A DNA stretch of 64,000 bases from an uncultured Lachnospiraceae bacterium. GTDB taxonomy: Bacteria > Bacillota > Clostridia > Christensenellales > UBA1242. Under the pieces are notes generated by a model that was given only the letters and a program-made list of their open reading frames with translations, was not told the origin of the DNA and did no database searches. The stretch covers positions 192-64,191 of the forward strand of contig CAYMVO010000005.1 in the NCBI GenBank assembly GCA_964393975.1, read 5' to 3'. This document shows, one piece after another, positions 8,344 to 17,766 of this stretch; the stretch's first letter is position 1, and every line of letters begins with the position of its first letter. The translations under genes were made by a program, and so were the position numbers.

Positions 8344-10296
8344 TCACTTAGCATTATATGTATCGTAAGCGGTTTTCTTATTAAAATTTGCATTTTCAGC
8401 AATATACTCTTTGCGCGCTTCAATATTATCACCCATTAGCACGCTAACGAGTCTTTCCGCCTCAGCTATATCACTGAGTTCCACACGCACAAGGCTACGT
8501 TTTCTAGGATCTAATGTAGTGTCCCATAGTTGTTCGGGGTTCATCTCACCTAATCCTTTATAACGCTGTAGGGTATAACCTTTACCTATTCGCTCTATCG
8601 TCTCAGGTAATTCCTTATCGGAGTAAACATACTCCTCAATCGCCCCTTTAGACACTTTGTATAGCGGTGGCATCCCCATATAGACATATCCACCCGTCAC
8701 CAAATCTCTCATATATCTAAAGAAGAACGTCAAAAGTATCGCTCTAATATGCGCTCCGTCTTGGTCGGCATCGGCTAAAATGATGACTTTATGATATTTT
8801 AAATTTTTAGGATCAAAATCTTCACCTACACCCGCGCCCAAGGCACTAATAAGACTCCTAATCTCTTCATTTTGTAGCACTTGGTCGAGTCTCTTTTTCT
8901 CGGCGTTTAGCGGTTTACCTCTCAGTGGCAACACCGCTTGAAACGCTCTATCTCGCCCTTGCTTTGCACTACCACCTGCCGAATCACCCTCCACGATAAA
9001 GAGTTCGTTAAGTTCGGCTTTCTTGCCTGTACAAGCGCTGAGTTTACCTACCAAATTAAAACTATCAATACTGTTTTTTGCCCTTGTGAGTTCTTTCGCT
9101 TTTTTCGCAGCCTCACGAGCTTTCATAGCAGTCTTTGCTTTTGCTATGACCGCCTCCATAGCACTAGTATATTCTTTGCGTTCTATGAGTTTGCTAAGTT
9201 CATTAGTAACAATATTTTCAACTTCTTGTTTTGCTTCTGGGTTGCCGAGTTTGGTTTTTGTTTGCCCTTCAAACTGTACGTTTTGCATCTTGATACTAAG
9301 CGCTAGCGTGATGCCTTCTCTAAAGTCCTCCCCCATAAGATTTGTTTCTTTTTCCTTTAGAAGATTGTTTTTTCTCGCATAATCGTTAAACACTTTTGTA
9401 ATGGCAGATTTGAGTCCTGTCTCGTGCGTACCGCCCTCGGTGGTAGGTATATTATTGACATAAGAAAACACATTTTCATTGTACCCATCGGTGTAACTAA
9501 CGGCGAGTTCTAGTTTTATCACTTTAGAACTACCCTCAATATACATACAAGCTGGCGAAATCAATGTATTTTTATCCGCATTGATGTATTTTACAAAATC
9601 TACTAGTCCGCCCTCATAATGATAAATTGCAGTCTCGTTGTCTCTCTCATCTATTAGAGAAATCTTTACTCCTTTATTTAAAAACGCTAGTTCTTTCAAC
9701 CTCTTGCTAACGACTTCTTTACTAAAAGTCGCATCTTTAAACACATCACTATCAGGTAAAAACCTCACTATCGTACCGCTCTTTGTGGTTGTGCCAATAG
9801 GTTTTAAATGCTCTTTGACGATACCGCTCTTGACTTTGCCTGATGAGTCCACTACACTCTCAAACTCCATATAATAAGTCTTTCCTCGTCTATTTACCCA
9901 AACCTTAGTCCACTTGCTAAGTGCGTTAGTCACAGAAGCACCTACGCCATGCAACCCGCCTGAATAGTCATAGTTGTCGTTGTTAAACTTTCCACCCGCG
10001 TGTAGTTGCGTAAATACGACCTCTACACCTGATATCTTGAGTGTAGGATGCGGATCGACTGGTATACCACGACCATCATCTTCTACGCTAGCACTGCCAT
10101 CTTTATGTAAAGTAACCTTTATCTCCTTACCGAACCCATTACTGACTTCATCCATAGCGTTATCTACGATCTCCCAAAGCAAATGGTGCAAACCTTTAAC
10201 GCCAGTAGTACCAATATACATACCAGGGCGAAGTCTCACCGCGTCCAACCCTTCTAGTACAACAATGTCTTTCGCATCATAATTTGTCTTAGTCAT
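8344..10296 (-). CDS. Type IIA DNA topoisomerase subunit B (GyrB/ParE family)
   Basis: 650 aa. GHKL ATPase motifs (LEGLDAVRLRPGMYIG, GLHHLLWEIVDNAMDE), Toprim EGDSAGG, and PLRGKPLN. It lies immediately upstream of the A subunit. Confidence 0.85.
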   Translation of the reverse strand: MTKTNYDAKDIVVLEGLDAVRLRPGMYIGTTGVKGLHHLLWEIVDNAMDEVSNGFGKEIKVTLHKDGSASVEDDGRGIPVDPHPTLKISGVEVVFTQLHAGGKFNNDNYDYSGGLHGVGASVTNALSKWTKVWVNRRGKTYYMEFESVVDSSGKVKSGIVKEHLKPIGTTTKSGTIVRFLPDSDVFKDATFSKEVVSKRLKELAFLNKGVKISLIDERDNETAIYHYEGGLVDFVKYINADKNTLISPACMYIEGSSKVIKLELAVSYTDGYNENVFSYVNNIPTTEGGTHETGLKSAITKVFNDYARKNNLLKEKETNLMGEDFREGITLALSIKMQNVQFEGQTKTKLGNPEAKQEVENIVTNELSKLIERKEYTSAMEAVIAKAKTAMKAREAAKKAKELTRAKNSIDSFNLVGKLSACTGKKAELNELFIVEGDSAGGSAKQGRDRAFQAVLPLRGKPLNAEKKRLDQVLQNEEIRSLISALGAGVGEDFDPKNLKYHKVIILADADQDGAHIRAILLTFFFRYMRDLVTGGYVYMGMPPLYKVSKGAIEEYVYSDKELPETIERIGKGYTLQRYKGLGEMNPEQLWDTTLDPRKRSLVRVELSDIAEAERLVSVLMGDNIEARKEYIAENANFNKKTAYDTYNAK

Positions 10297-10536
10297 AAAA
10301 ACTCCTTAATCTATCATAAAATAAACAATTCTATATATTAGAATACCACAAATTTCAACAAAATAAAATAGTTTTTTATTACAATTTTATCATTAAAGTA
10401 AAAAAATTATCCATTTTTATAATCAGAAAACAATCTTTTTCGCCGTTCAATGTGTTTTTACGCTACTTTTGCTATTTTAGCAAATGTTGTAATATTTTCA
10501 TTTACATAGTTTGTTAGCCGTTTAGATGTTTTTTAC

Positions 10537-10565
10537 TTGACTATAGTTTAGTGTCTTGATATACT
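10537..10565 (+). promoter_or_regulatory. Sigma-A-like promoter for the rhomboid gene
   Basis: TTGACT (10537..10542), a 17-nt spacer, then TATACT (10560..10565). Confidence 0.5.
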
Positions 10566-10583
10566 AAATAAAAGGAGGTGCCT

Positions 10584-11654
10584 ATGAGCATTTTGGATAC
10601 AAAGACCAAACAAAAACATTGGTTCAATCGCAATTACCTTTATATTGGCACTATTTTACTTATAGCTATCAATATACTCTTATATAAGTTTTGCGGTAAC
10701 ACTTGGGAAACGTTTGCAGGAGATGTGAATATCCAATGGACAGATTTTGCTAACTTTTCTAATATTTTTAGATCCTTTTTGGACAATTATTCTCATAGTG
10801 GTTGGACACACGTTATTGGGAATATGATATGTCTCGCAGTGGTCGGTATATACCTTGAGCGAAAGTTAGGTAGTGTCAATTTCTTATTACTAGTTGTAGC
10901 AATGTCTTTTATATCGGCTATGTTTGTAACAGGTAGCGATTTAAATATAGACCATCACGGCTTTTCAGGTGTAAACTATTGCTTGTATGCGTATGTTTTA
11001 TTAGATTATATCTTTTATCTTAGACCTAATAAAAGAGATAATCCAAACATAATTCTAGGTGCATTGACTCTTTCCGTTATTTATGTTGCTATGTGTTGCG
11101 GAGACTTTGAGACTTTTACTTTCCTCACTTGGCCGATTGACCTTTTGACAAACGAGGGACACTACACATCGTATTTTTGCGGACTAATTCTTGGACTAAT
11201 TGTACAATTGACTATGTTTTTAAATGATTATAACAATGTTGATGCTTATGGCACGCCAACTTTGAGCAAGAAAACAAAGGCGATATATCTCATTATTTCG
11301 GTGATTTTTATATCATTTATATGCACCGTTCCAGCATATTCCGCGTGGAGATACAACAATTTGGAGTGCAGTATCACTATAGATTGCTCAGTAGATAAAT
11401 ACGACACTGTTCTCATATACAATTATGGCGAATTGTCAAAACAAAGCACATTTTCAGATGAGATAATTTGCTCTAAATGGAAGACTAGAGTAGGACTTAA
11501 TGATGATACAAACGCTATAATTGTAAGCAAATACTATATAGACGACATGGGAAACAAGTTTAACCTTTTACATTTTTCATACGCTCAAAACAGCTTACCT
11601 ATAGCATATCTAAAAAATTACCAAATATATTATGAAATCAGTTTGAAAGCTTAA
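10584..11654 (+). CDS. Rhomboid-family intramembrane serine protease with an extra C-terminal extracytoplasmic domain
   Basis: Track start is 10578 (GTG). ATG 10584 lies 5 nt after AGGAGG. HSGWTHVIGNM and the GFSG serine motif are present. About 120 extra residues follow the last TM segment. Confidence 0.7.
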   Translation: MSILDTKTKQKHWFNRNYLYIGTILLIAINILLYKFCGNTWETFAGDVNIQWTDFANFSNIFRSFLDNYSHSGWTHVIGNMICLAVVGIYLERKLGSVNFLLLVVAMSFISAMFVTGSDLNIDHHGFSGVNYCLYAYVLLDYIFYLRPNKRDNPNIILGALTLSVIYVAMCCGDFETFTFLTWPIDLLTNEGHYTSYFCGLILGLIVQLTMFLNDYNNVDAYGTPTLSKKTKAIYLIISVIFISFICTVPAYSAWRYNNLECSITIDCSVDKYDTVLIYNYGELSKQSTFSDEIICSKWKTRVGLNDDTNAIIVSKYYIDDMGNKFNLLHFSYAQNSLPIAYLKNYQIYYEISLKA

Positions 11655-11720
11655 TTAAAATACAAAAACTACACCACGCAAAAAAAATCCCTCCTTTTAT
11701 GCAAAACACATCATAATAAA

Positions 11721-11772
11721 AACCACTCAGCAATTGAGATACACTCAATCTTTACTGAATGGTTTTTTATTT
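11721..11772 (+). terminator. Intrinsic terminator after the rhomboid gene
   Basis: AACCACTCAG-loop-CTGAATGGTT (9 of 10 bp) followed by TTTTTTATTTT. Confidence 0.55.
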
Positions 11773-11946
11773 TATCATTTAAATTTCTAGTAACCATTTA
11801 TTTAACCATTTTAAATATTCCAACAAAATCTTTCATTGTACATTTAAAACAAATACAACACGATAAATCAACCTCACTTTGCTTGTCATAAAATTAATTT
11901 ACTCTTTTGCTAAATTTGTACTACTCTTATCTCTTTAAATAATTAA

Positions 11947-13764
11947 TTACTTTGCAGTATCACGAATCTTCACAGTACCACTCGTAGTCGTCACAACCAC
12001 CTTTTTTAGCACTTTTCCTTTATTTTCATCAGTATTATCTGTGTAAGTGTTAAGTGCTGGATCCTCGTTGTCGCCTGTAACAATCACTTGATCACTTGTC
12101 AAGTTTAAATAATTACAAGCTACGTCATCTTTCTTCTCGTACTGTATATTAGAAATCCACACATCAGCAGTGCCTGCACCCTTGGTGATTAGCACGGACC
12201 TTTGAAAAGGTAGCGCTATTTCCAAACTCCCACCATTTTCAAAATTAGAATCCGCTAAAATATTTGCAAACCTCACCTTTGAATATGCTCCATCAGTAGT
12301 CTTTAACTTTACAGCGGAACTAATATCGTTAAACACAACATTACCTTTTTTTGTCTCAGCATCTAGCACAGACTCCGCATATTTAGTCATATACTCATCA
12401 CCTTTATCTTCTGTGACAGTGATGTTTCCTCCATCGGTGATAATCTTCGCACTGCTATAGAGCTTTCCTACAGTGACATTGCCACTCTTTGTAGTGATAT
12501 CCGTTGTGTTACTGTCTAGTTTGCCAATATTTACATTACCACTTTCAGTAACCACATTAACGATAGAACCTATTATCTCGTCAATATTCAAAGCAAACGA
12601 CTCACCGCCAATCACACTCAACTCACCCAAAGAACTTTCATTCTTTCTGATCGCATTTAGATTTAACACAGCATTTGGAGAGTCAATCGACACAACGCCA
12701 TACACATTGTTTAGTTTGATATAACTAGCATAACCTTTATATGCAAAAGTAGGTGTTTTACCGGTACTAGTCCATTCAGTACCCAAATCTCCCATAGTAA
12801 TCTTTGAGTAATCACTCTCAACATAGCAACCACCCAAAACCAAACAATTTTCTTGAACTTTTATATTGCCTCTTTGGTTTTTTATGCTCAACTTACCTTT
12901 TACACCGGTAGTAATTTTATCCTTACTAACGCCACTAGGTACATCAAGAGTCAATATTGTATCGGTAATCTTTTTAGAATTTTCCTCATCATCAATCATA
13001 AGTACATTTTTGAGGTTTCCAACATAGACATCGCCACTCTCTGTCTCCAAATCTATATTATTCAACAGCATCTCTTTAATAGTTTGATTACCACTAGTTG
13101 TCTTTACACTCAATGTATTAGTAACAGTAAATGGGTTTACCACATTTTGAGATGAACCAACTCTGTGAACCGCGCTCTCACTAAAAGAAGCATTGAAGTC
13201 TCTACATTCAACAAACACATTTTCAACGTCTCTTAGATGCGTAGGGAAACTTATGTTGATAGTACTATTAGAATAGTTTACAAGACCACTAACCGTATCG
13301 AATACGATATATAAAGTATTGTTCTCCACATAAGGCTTTTTATACTTGAAAACTTGTGATGCTAAATCTTTTGATTCGTCATACCCTTCTATCTTTCTAG
13401 TATCAATAACACCATTAGCTGAAATCTTACCAAAGACTGTCATAACATCATAGGTACCATTGACAACATTGACATCTAAATCAGGCGCAATAATCTTGAT
13501 AGTGTCAAAATCACCTATATAATTAGCGTTATAAGCATCAAGCTTATCACCGCTCAAACCTAACCCGATACTATCAGCTAGTGTACTATCCATATATACT
13601 ACTTGGATATACTCACCCTCTAATGTTTGACTATAACGGAAGTATTTGTACCCGAAGATAGTCACCCCGCCAAACATCATTATACCCATACCAATCACAC
13701 AAATACCTACACCTATAAGTGCTAGCAAAAATGCATACTTAACTATACCTTTTATAATGCTCAT
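11947..13764 (-). CDS. N-terminally anchored protein with repeated (S/G)GN(V/I) beta-strand motifs, DUF4097-like putative adhesin
   Basis: 605 aa with one N-terminal TM segment. Recurrent TESGDVYVGNL / TESGNVNIGKL / TKSGNVTVGKL / TDGGNITVT / KKGNVVFN motifs. Confidence 0.5.
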   Translation of the reverse strand: MSIIKGIVKYAFLLALIGVGICVIGMGIMMFGGVTIFGYKYFRYSQTLEGEYIQVVYMDSTLADSIGLGLSGDKLDAYNANYIGDFDTIKIIAPDLDVNVVNGTYDVMTVFGKISANGVIDTRKIEGYDESKDLASQVFKYKKPYVENNTLYIVFDTVSGLVNYSNSTINISFPTHLRDVENVFVECRDFNASFSESAVHRVGSSQNVVNPFTVTNTLSVKTTSGNQTIKEMLLNNIDLETESGDVYVGNLKNVLMIDDEENSKKITDTILTLDVPSGVSKDKITTGVKGKLSIKNQRGNIKVQENCLVLGGCYVESDYSKITMGDLGTEWTSTGKTPTFAYKGYASYIKLNNVYGVVSIDSPNAVLNLNAIRKNESSLGELSVIGGESFALNIDEIIGSIVNVVTESGNVNIGKLDSNTTDITTKSGNVTVGKLYSSAKIITDGGNITVTEDKGDEYMTKYAESVLDAETKKGNVVFNDISSAVKLKTTDGAYSKVRFANILADSNFENGGSLEIALPFQRSVLITKGAGTADVWISNIQYEKKDDVACNYLNLTSDQVIVTGDNEDPALNTYTDNTDENKGKVLKKVVVTTTSGTVKIRDTAK

Positions 13765-13804
13765 AAGTCACCCACTTTTAATAATTTAACATTTTTTCTT
13801 ATAT

Positions 13805-13833
13805 AGTATATAATAAATCACAAAAAATTTCAA
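13805..13833 (-). promoter_or_regulatory. Sigma-A-like promoter for the DUF4097-like gene
   Basis: Minus strand reads TTGAAA, a 17-nt spacer, then TATACT. Confidence 0.45.
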
Positions 13834-13935
13834 GACATTTAAAAAAATTTAACTCGTTAAACTTCATTTTTATAACAAAAACGAGTAATACCCCATGTAA
13901 AACTTAAAACTTTTTAACTAGTACACTAAAAACAA

Positions 13936-13964
13936 TTGCAAAAATTGTATTTTTTTGATAAAAT
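13936..13964 (+). promoter_or_regulatory. Sigma-A-like promoter for the signal peptidase gene
   Basis: TTGCAA, a 17-nt spacer, then TAAAAT. Its position argues for the ATG 13991 start. Confidence 0.45.
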
Positions 13965-13990
13965 CTATAATAATATTTAAGAGGTTTATT

Positions 13991-14551
13991 ATGGTTATAC
14001 AATATCAAAAATATTTTAATGACGATTACATAACTCTAGGACAAGCGTTTAAAATTGTTTTAGTTTGGGGTGTATATATAATTTTAGGTATATTACTGCT
14101 ATCTATGATTTGTGGCGTAAAGGTTTATACCGTAGTAGGTTGGAGTATGCAACCTACAATAGATTACAAAAGCATTGTGTTTGTAGTGGATGACAAAGAG
14201 ACTTATGATGTAGGCGATATCATTTCTTTTCAATTTGCAGGTTCTGTAAATACACATAGAATAATTGATATAGAGTACAACTCGGATAACTCTATCAAAC
14301 ATTACACGACTAAAGGTGACAACCCAAATATAGATAGCGAGGAATACATTGTCCCATCAAAAGTTTTAGGTCGTGTAATACCTATTTTACCTGATAAAAA
14401 TTTATATCTTACAATTCCATATATAGGTCACGTAATACTATTCGCTCAAGAGCATATAGGCGCACTAATTGTGACCTTAATGGCTGGTTATATTGCTTTC
14501 TATATGACACCAAAACGAAAAGATTACGAAAGATACAACGTAGAAGTTTAA
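13991..14551 (+). CDS. sipW: Signal peptidase I, archaeal/ER type (SipW-like, S26B)
   Basis: Track start is 13955 (TTG). ATG 13991 follows AAGAGG. GWSMQPTI (Ser), HRIIDIE (His) and TKGDNPNIDSE are present, plus a C-terminal TM segment. Confidence 0.7.
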   Translation: MVIQYQKYFNDDYITLGQAFKIVLVWGVYIILGILLLSMICGVKVYTVVGWSMQPTIDYKSIVFVVDDKETYDVGDIISFQFAGSVNTHRIIDIEYNSDNSIKHYTTKGDNPNIDSEEYIVPSKVLGRVIPILPDKNLYLTIPYIGHVILFAQEHIGALIVTLMAGYIAFYMTPKRKDYERYNVEV

Positions 14552-14590
14552 ACCTACAACAATCACTAATAATATAAACTTAACAAACGA

Positions 14591-14627
14591 AATAACTACC
14601 CTTTGTGACAAACAAGGGGTAGTTATT
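14591..14627. terminator. Bidirectional terminator between sipW and thrS
   Basis: AATAACTACCC-N14-GGGGTAGTTATT, an 11-bp stem with A/T runs on both sides. Confidence 0.65.
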
Positions 14628-14700
14628 TAAATATCTTATATTAACTAGCTAGTAATTATCATTAATTTTTCACTATAAAGATACGGAAAAATATCTTACT

Positions 14701-16446
14701 TTACAACTCAAGTGTTCTTTCTTTAATTTCTTTAGAAATCTTACTAACAAACTCATCAATATCATATTCTATCGTATCTTTGTTACTTCGCGTTCTAACA
14801 GAAATTACACCTTTTTCAAATTCTTTTTCTCCAATAATTAAGATATAAGGGGTTTTAAATTTTACTGCTTCTCTTACTCTATAGGATAAACTTTCATTTC
14901 TATCATCAATTTCACTTCTAACACCCTCACGCTCAAGAATGCTGTTTATATTTTTTGCATAATCCACAAATTTGTCATTAATAGTAATAACTTTTACTTG
15001 ATTCGGACTTAACCATAACGGGAAGGCTCCCGCAAAATGCTCAATAATTATCCCCATAAATCTATCTATTGACCCAAAAACAACACGATGGAGCATATAT
15101 GGAGTTTCTTTTGAACCTTCACGCGACACATAATCAATATCAAATCTTTTTGGAAGTTGCATATCTAATTGAATTGTTCCACATTGCCACGTTCTTCCCA
15201 AGGCATCTTGTATATGAATATCAATTTTAGGTCCGTAGAACGCCCCATCCCCTTCATTTATCACAAAATCTTTTCCGCACGATATTAAAGCTTTTTTCAA
15301 ACCATCTTCTGCAATTCTCCATTCTTCAACAGTTCCAACATGATCCTCTGGCATCGTTGATAATTCTAAGTGATATTTCAGACCAAATACATTATAAATT
15401 TTATCCTCAAGACTTAATATATTTATAATTTCATCCGTCAATTGTTCTGGCATAATAAATATATGAGCATCATCTTGAGTGAAGCATCTTACCCTTAATA
15501 GTCCATGTAGTGTACCACTTGATTCTTTCCTATGCACTTTACCTAATTCAGCAATTCTCAATGGTAATTCTTTGTATGAATGCATATTCTCTTTGTAGTA
15601 CAATATTGCACCAGGACAATTCATAGGTTTTATTGCGTAATCATCACCTTCATCTGCAATAAATGTATACATATTATCCTTATAATGATTCCAATGTCCC
15701 GATATCTCCCATAATTTTCTATTCATAGCCATTGGTGTTTCTATCTCTAGATACTTTGCTTTTATATGGTATTCTCTCCACATTTTAATCAATTCATTTT
15801 TAACAATTAATCCATTTGGAAGGTAAAAAGGCATCCCTGGAGCAAACTCACTTAAAGAAAAGAGTCCCAACTCTCTACCAAGTTTTCTATGATCTCTTTT
15901 TGACGCTTCCTCAATAAAGAGTAGATGTTGTTTTAGTTCTTCTGTAGTGTCGTAACAATAAACATACATACGCTGCATCATTTTATTTTTTTCACTACCA
16001 CGCCAATATGCACCGCTAACTCTATCTATTTTAAACGCAATATTTCTTAAAACCTTGGTGTTTTTAACGTGTGGACCGCGACACAAATCATCAAACACAT
16101 TTCCTAAATGATAAATACTAATCTCTTCACCTTCTGGCATCTCATTAATAAGTTCAAGTTTATAGGGTTCATATTTAAATAATTTTAAAGCATCTTCTTT
16201 TGAAATGACTTCTTTTATCATATCCAAATCTTGATTTATTATTTCTTTCATCTTTTTTTCAATTATTCCATAATCGTTAGGATTAAGCGTGTGTTCCATA
16301 TCAAAATCATAATAAAACCCTGTATCAATTGCAGGTCCAATCCCAAATTTCACATTCCCAAAAAGTTCTTTAACAGCGCAAGCTAGAACATGCGCCATCG
16401 TATGACGCTTAACTTTTATTTCGTCATCAATTCCTTTAATATCCAT
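14701..16446 (-). CDS. thrS: Threonine--tRNA ligase, short form without the N-terminal TGS domain
   Basis: Track start is 16464 (TTG). ATG 16446 follows AAGGAG. It begins directly at the editing-domain HTMAHVLACAV motif, followed by class II catalytic and anticodon-binding regions. Confidence 0.85.
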   Translation of the reverse strand: MDIKGIDDEIKVKRHTMAHVLACAVKELFGNVKFGIGPAIDTGFYYDFDMEHTLNPNDYGIIEKKMKEIINQDLDMIKEVISKEDALKLFKYEPYKLELINEMPEGEEISIYHLGNVFDDLCRGPHVKNTKVLRNIAFKIDRVSGAYWRGSEKNKMMQRMYVYCYDTTEELKQHLLFIEEASKRDHRKLGRELGLFSLSEFAPGMPFYLPNGLIVKNELIKMWREYHIKAKYLEIETPMAMNRKLWEISGHWNHYKDNMYTFIADEGDDYAIKPMNCPGAILYYKENMHSYKELPLRIAELGKVHRKESSGTLHGLLRVRCFTQDDAHIFIMPEQLTDEIINILSLEDKIYNVFGLKYHLELSTMPEDHVGTVEEWRIAEDGLKKALISCGKDFVINEGDGAFYGPKIDIHIQDALGRTWQCGTIQLDMQLPKRFDIDYVSREGSKETPYMLHRVVFGSIDRFMGIIIEHFAGAFPLWLSPNQVKVITINDKFVDYAKNINSILEREGVRSEIDDRNESLSYRVREAVKFKTPYILIIGEKEFEKGVISVRTRSNKDTIEYDIDEFVSKISKEIKERTLEL

Positions 16447-16668
16447 ATTAATCTCCTTTCTCAATTATCTAAGCATTAAAGACAAAATCATACAACAATG
16501 ATGAGAGGTTTATAAACAGTATTCGTACACAACATATATTAAACAACAACTCTAAAGCAATTATCCTATTTTAAATTAAAACTAACTTTTACCTACAAAC
16601 AATAATACAATTGTCTTTCACCACTTATTTAATTGCTAATTATATACTATACAATTAAACTTGTTTTG

Positions 16669-17580
16669 TCAACTATTTTTGTAAATTAACTTATTTTGAG
16701 TCTTTAGTTTTTTTAATACATTTGTAGCAAAATTTAAGACATCTAGAAGTTCACTGAAGTCCAAGGGTTTCATTTTGCAATGAAGATAAAAATAATATGA
16801 CAATAACTTTAATGCGGCATAGTTAACCAAGCCATAAAAATCAACCTTTTTTTCACTATAAGCATTGTACACATCTAGATACGAATATATGCTCTTTTTA
16901 TATTTATTAAAAACTAAATTATAATCACTCAAACTAAAATTTCTAGTGAAAATGAGGTCTCCTATATCAACATAAACTGAAGATAATATAGACAAATCAA
17001 AATCAATAAACACATACTCACTATTTTCTAATTTGATATAATTATTTGAAGTTAAATCATTATGAATAATACAATCAGATATACCATATTTGTCTACAAA
17101 ATTATTGTACAAATTGTCAATTAATTGTTGTATTCTTGCCTTTAAGTCCTGTGAGATCTCCAACAACTGCAAACTTTTAATGGGATATGTATAAAATTTC
17201 TCCTTAAACCCTAAAAGAAGTCTATTTAGCTTAATATTTTTAATACAAATATCAATATTAAAAAGATTTTTATTAAAAGATTTTTTATATTTTATTGAAG
17301 CATTATGAAAAAGTGCTAATGACTTAAATATATATTCATCAAACACCTGAGATTTTGCACCATCCACATAATTTTGTATTTCATAGTTTCCATCTTTAAG
17401 CGAGAGTGTTGAAGTAATTGGTGTATTTATTCCGTTATTATTTAAAAATTGTATAAAATCATTTTTACCTCTACACCAAGAATTATCAAAACAATACAAC
17501 AATTTTTTCAAAATATACTTACAATTATTAATACTTATCAAACTCACATCTTCTTGCAAATTAATTATTTCTATTTTCAT
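16669..17580 (-). CDS. APH/choline-kinase-fold phosphotransferase, CotS-like bacterial spore kinase family
   Basis: 303 aa. Brenner-type IIHNDLTSNNYI and downstream FIDFDLS motifs. Own RBS GGGAGG. Confidence 0.55.
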   Translation of the reverse strand: MKIEIINLQEDVSLISINNCKYILKKLLYCFDNSWCRGKNDFIQFLNNNGINTPITSTLSLKDGNYEIQNYVDGAKSQVFDEYIFKSLALFHNASIKYKKSFNKNLFNIDICIKNIKLNRLLLGFKEKFYTYPIKSLQLLEISQDLKARIQQLIDNLYNNFVDKYGISDCIIHNDLTSNNYIKLENSEYVFIDFDLSILSSVYVDIGDLIFTRNFSLSDYNLVFNKYKKSIYSYLDVYNAYSEKKVDFYGLVNYAALKLLSYYFYLHCKMKPLDFSELLDVLNFATNVLKKLKTQNKLIYKNS

Positions 17581-17601
17581 TTTTACCTCCCAAAATACTA
17601 A

Positions 17602-17635
17602 GAAAAAGCAAAAAGATTTAACTTTTTGCTTTTTC
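17602..17635 (-). terminator. Strong hairpin between the mini-ORF and the kinase gene (terminator or attenuator)
   Basis: Minus strand reads GAAAAAGCAAAAAG-TTAAAT-CTTTTTGCTTTTTC, a 14-bp perfect stem followed by a T-rich tail. Confidence 0.6.
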
Positions 17636-17643
17636 CTTCTGTT

Positions 17644-17703
17644 TTATTTAAAACTGCCACAGGTAGCACAAGAATTTTCAATTAAAACAACTTTAACTTC
17701 CAT
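17644..17703 (-). CDS. Unannotated 19-aa peptide MEVKVVLIENSCATCGSFK (candidate radical-SAM substrate or RiPP precursor)
   Basis: ATG 17703..17701 is preceded by GGAGG with a 5-nt spacer. TAA stop at 17646..17644. It lies 63 nt downstream of the rSAM stop on the same strand and is followed by a 14-bp hairpin. It falls below the ORF-track length cutoff. Confidence 0.5.
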   Translation of the reverse strand: MEVKVVLIENSCATCGSFK

Positions 17704-17766
17704 AAAAACCTCCATCAATTTATTTATATTAAACAAGATATATTAAAAATCTCGATAATATACAGT

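Noticed and set aside
10297-10577. Possible replication origin or DnaA-box cluster in AT-rich gaps near the topoisomerase and dnaB genes
   Set aside because: Only isolated near-matches to TTATCCACA were found (for example TTATCCATT at about 10417, GTATCCACA at about 30824, and one inside the GerC-like gene). There is no cluster and no adjacent dnaA or dnaN.
16447-16668. Possible T-box riboswitch leaders upstream of thrS (also checked at 39047..39174 for the ValRS-like gene and 26143..26175 for alaS)
   Set aside because: No T-box sequence (GGGTGGTACCGCG-like), no AGAGA/GNUGNGA stem I features, and no terminator/antiterminator pair. The alaS and ValRS-like upstream regions are too short.
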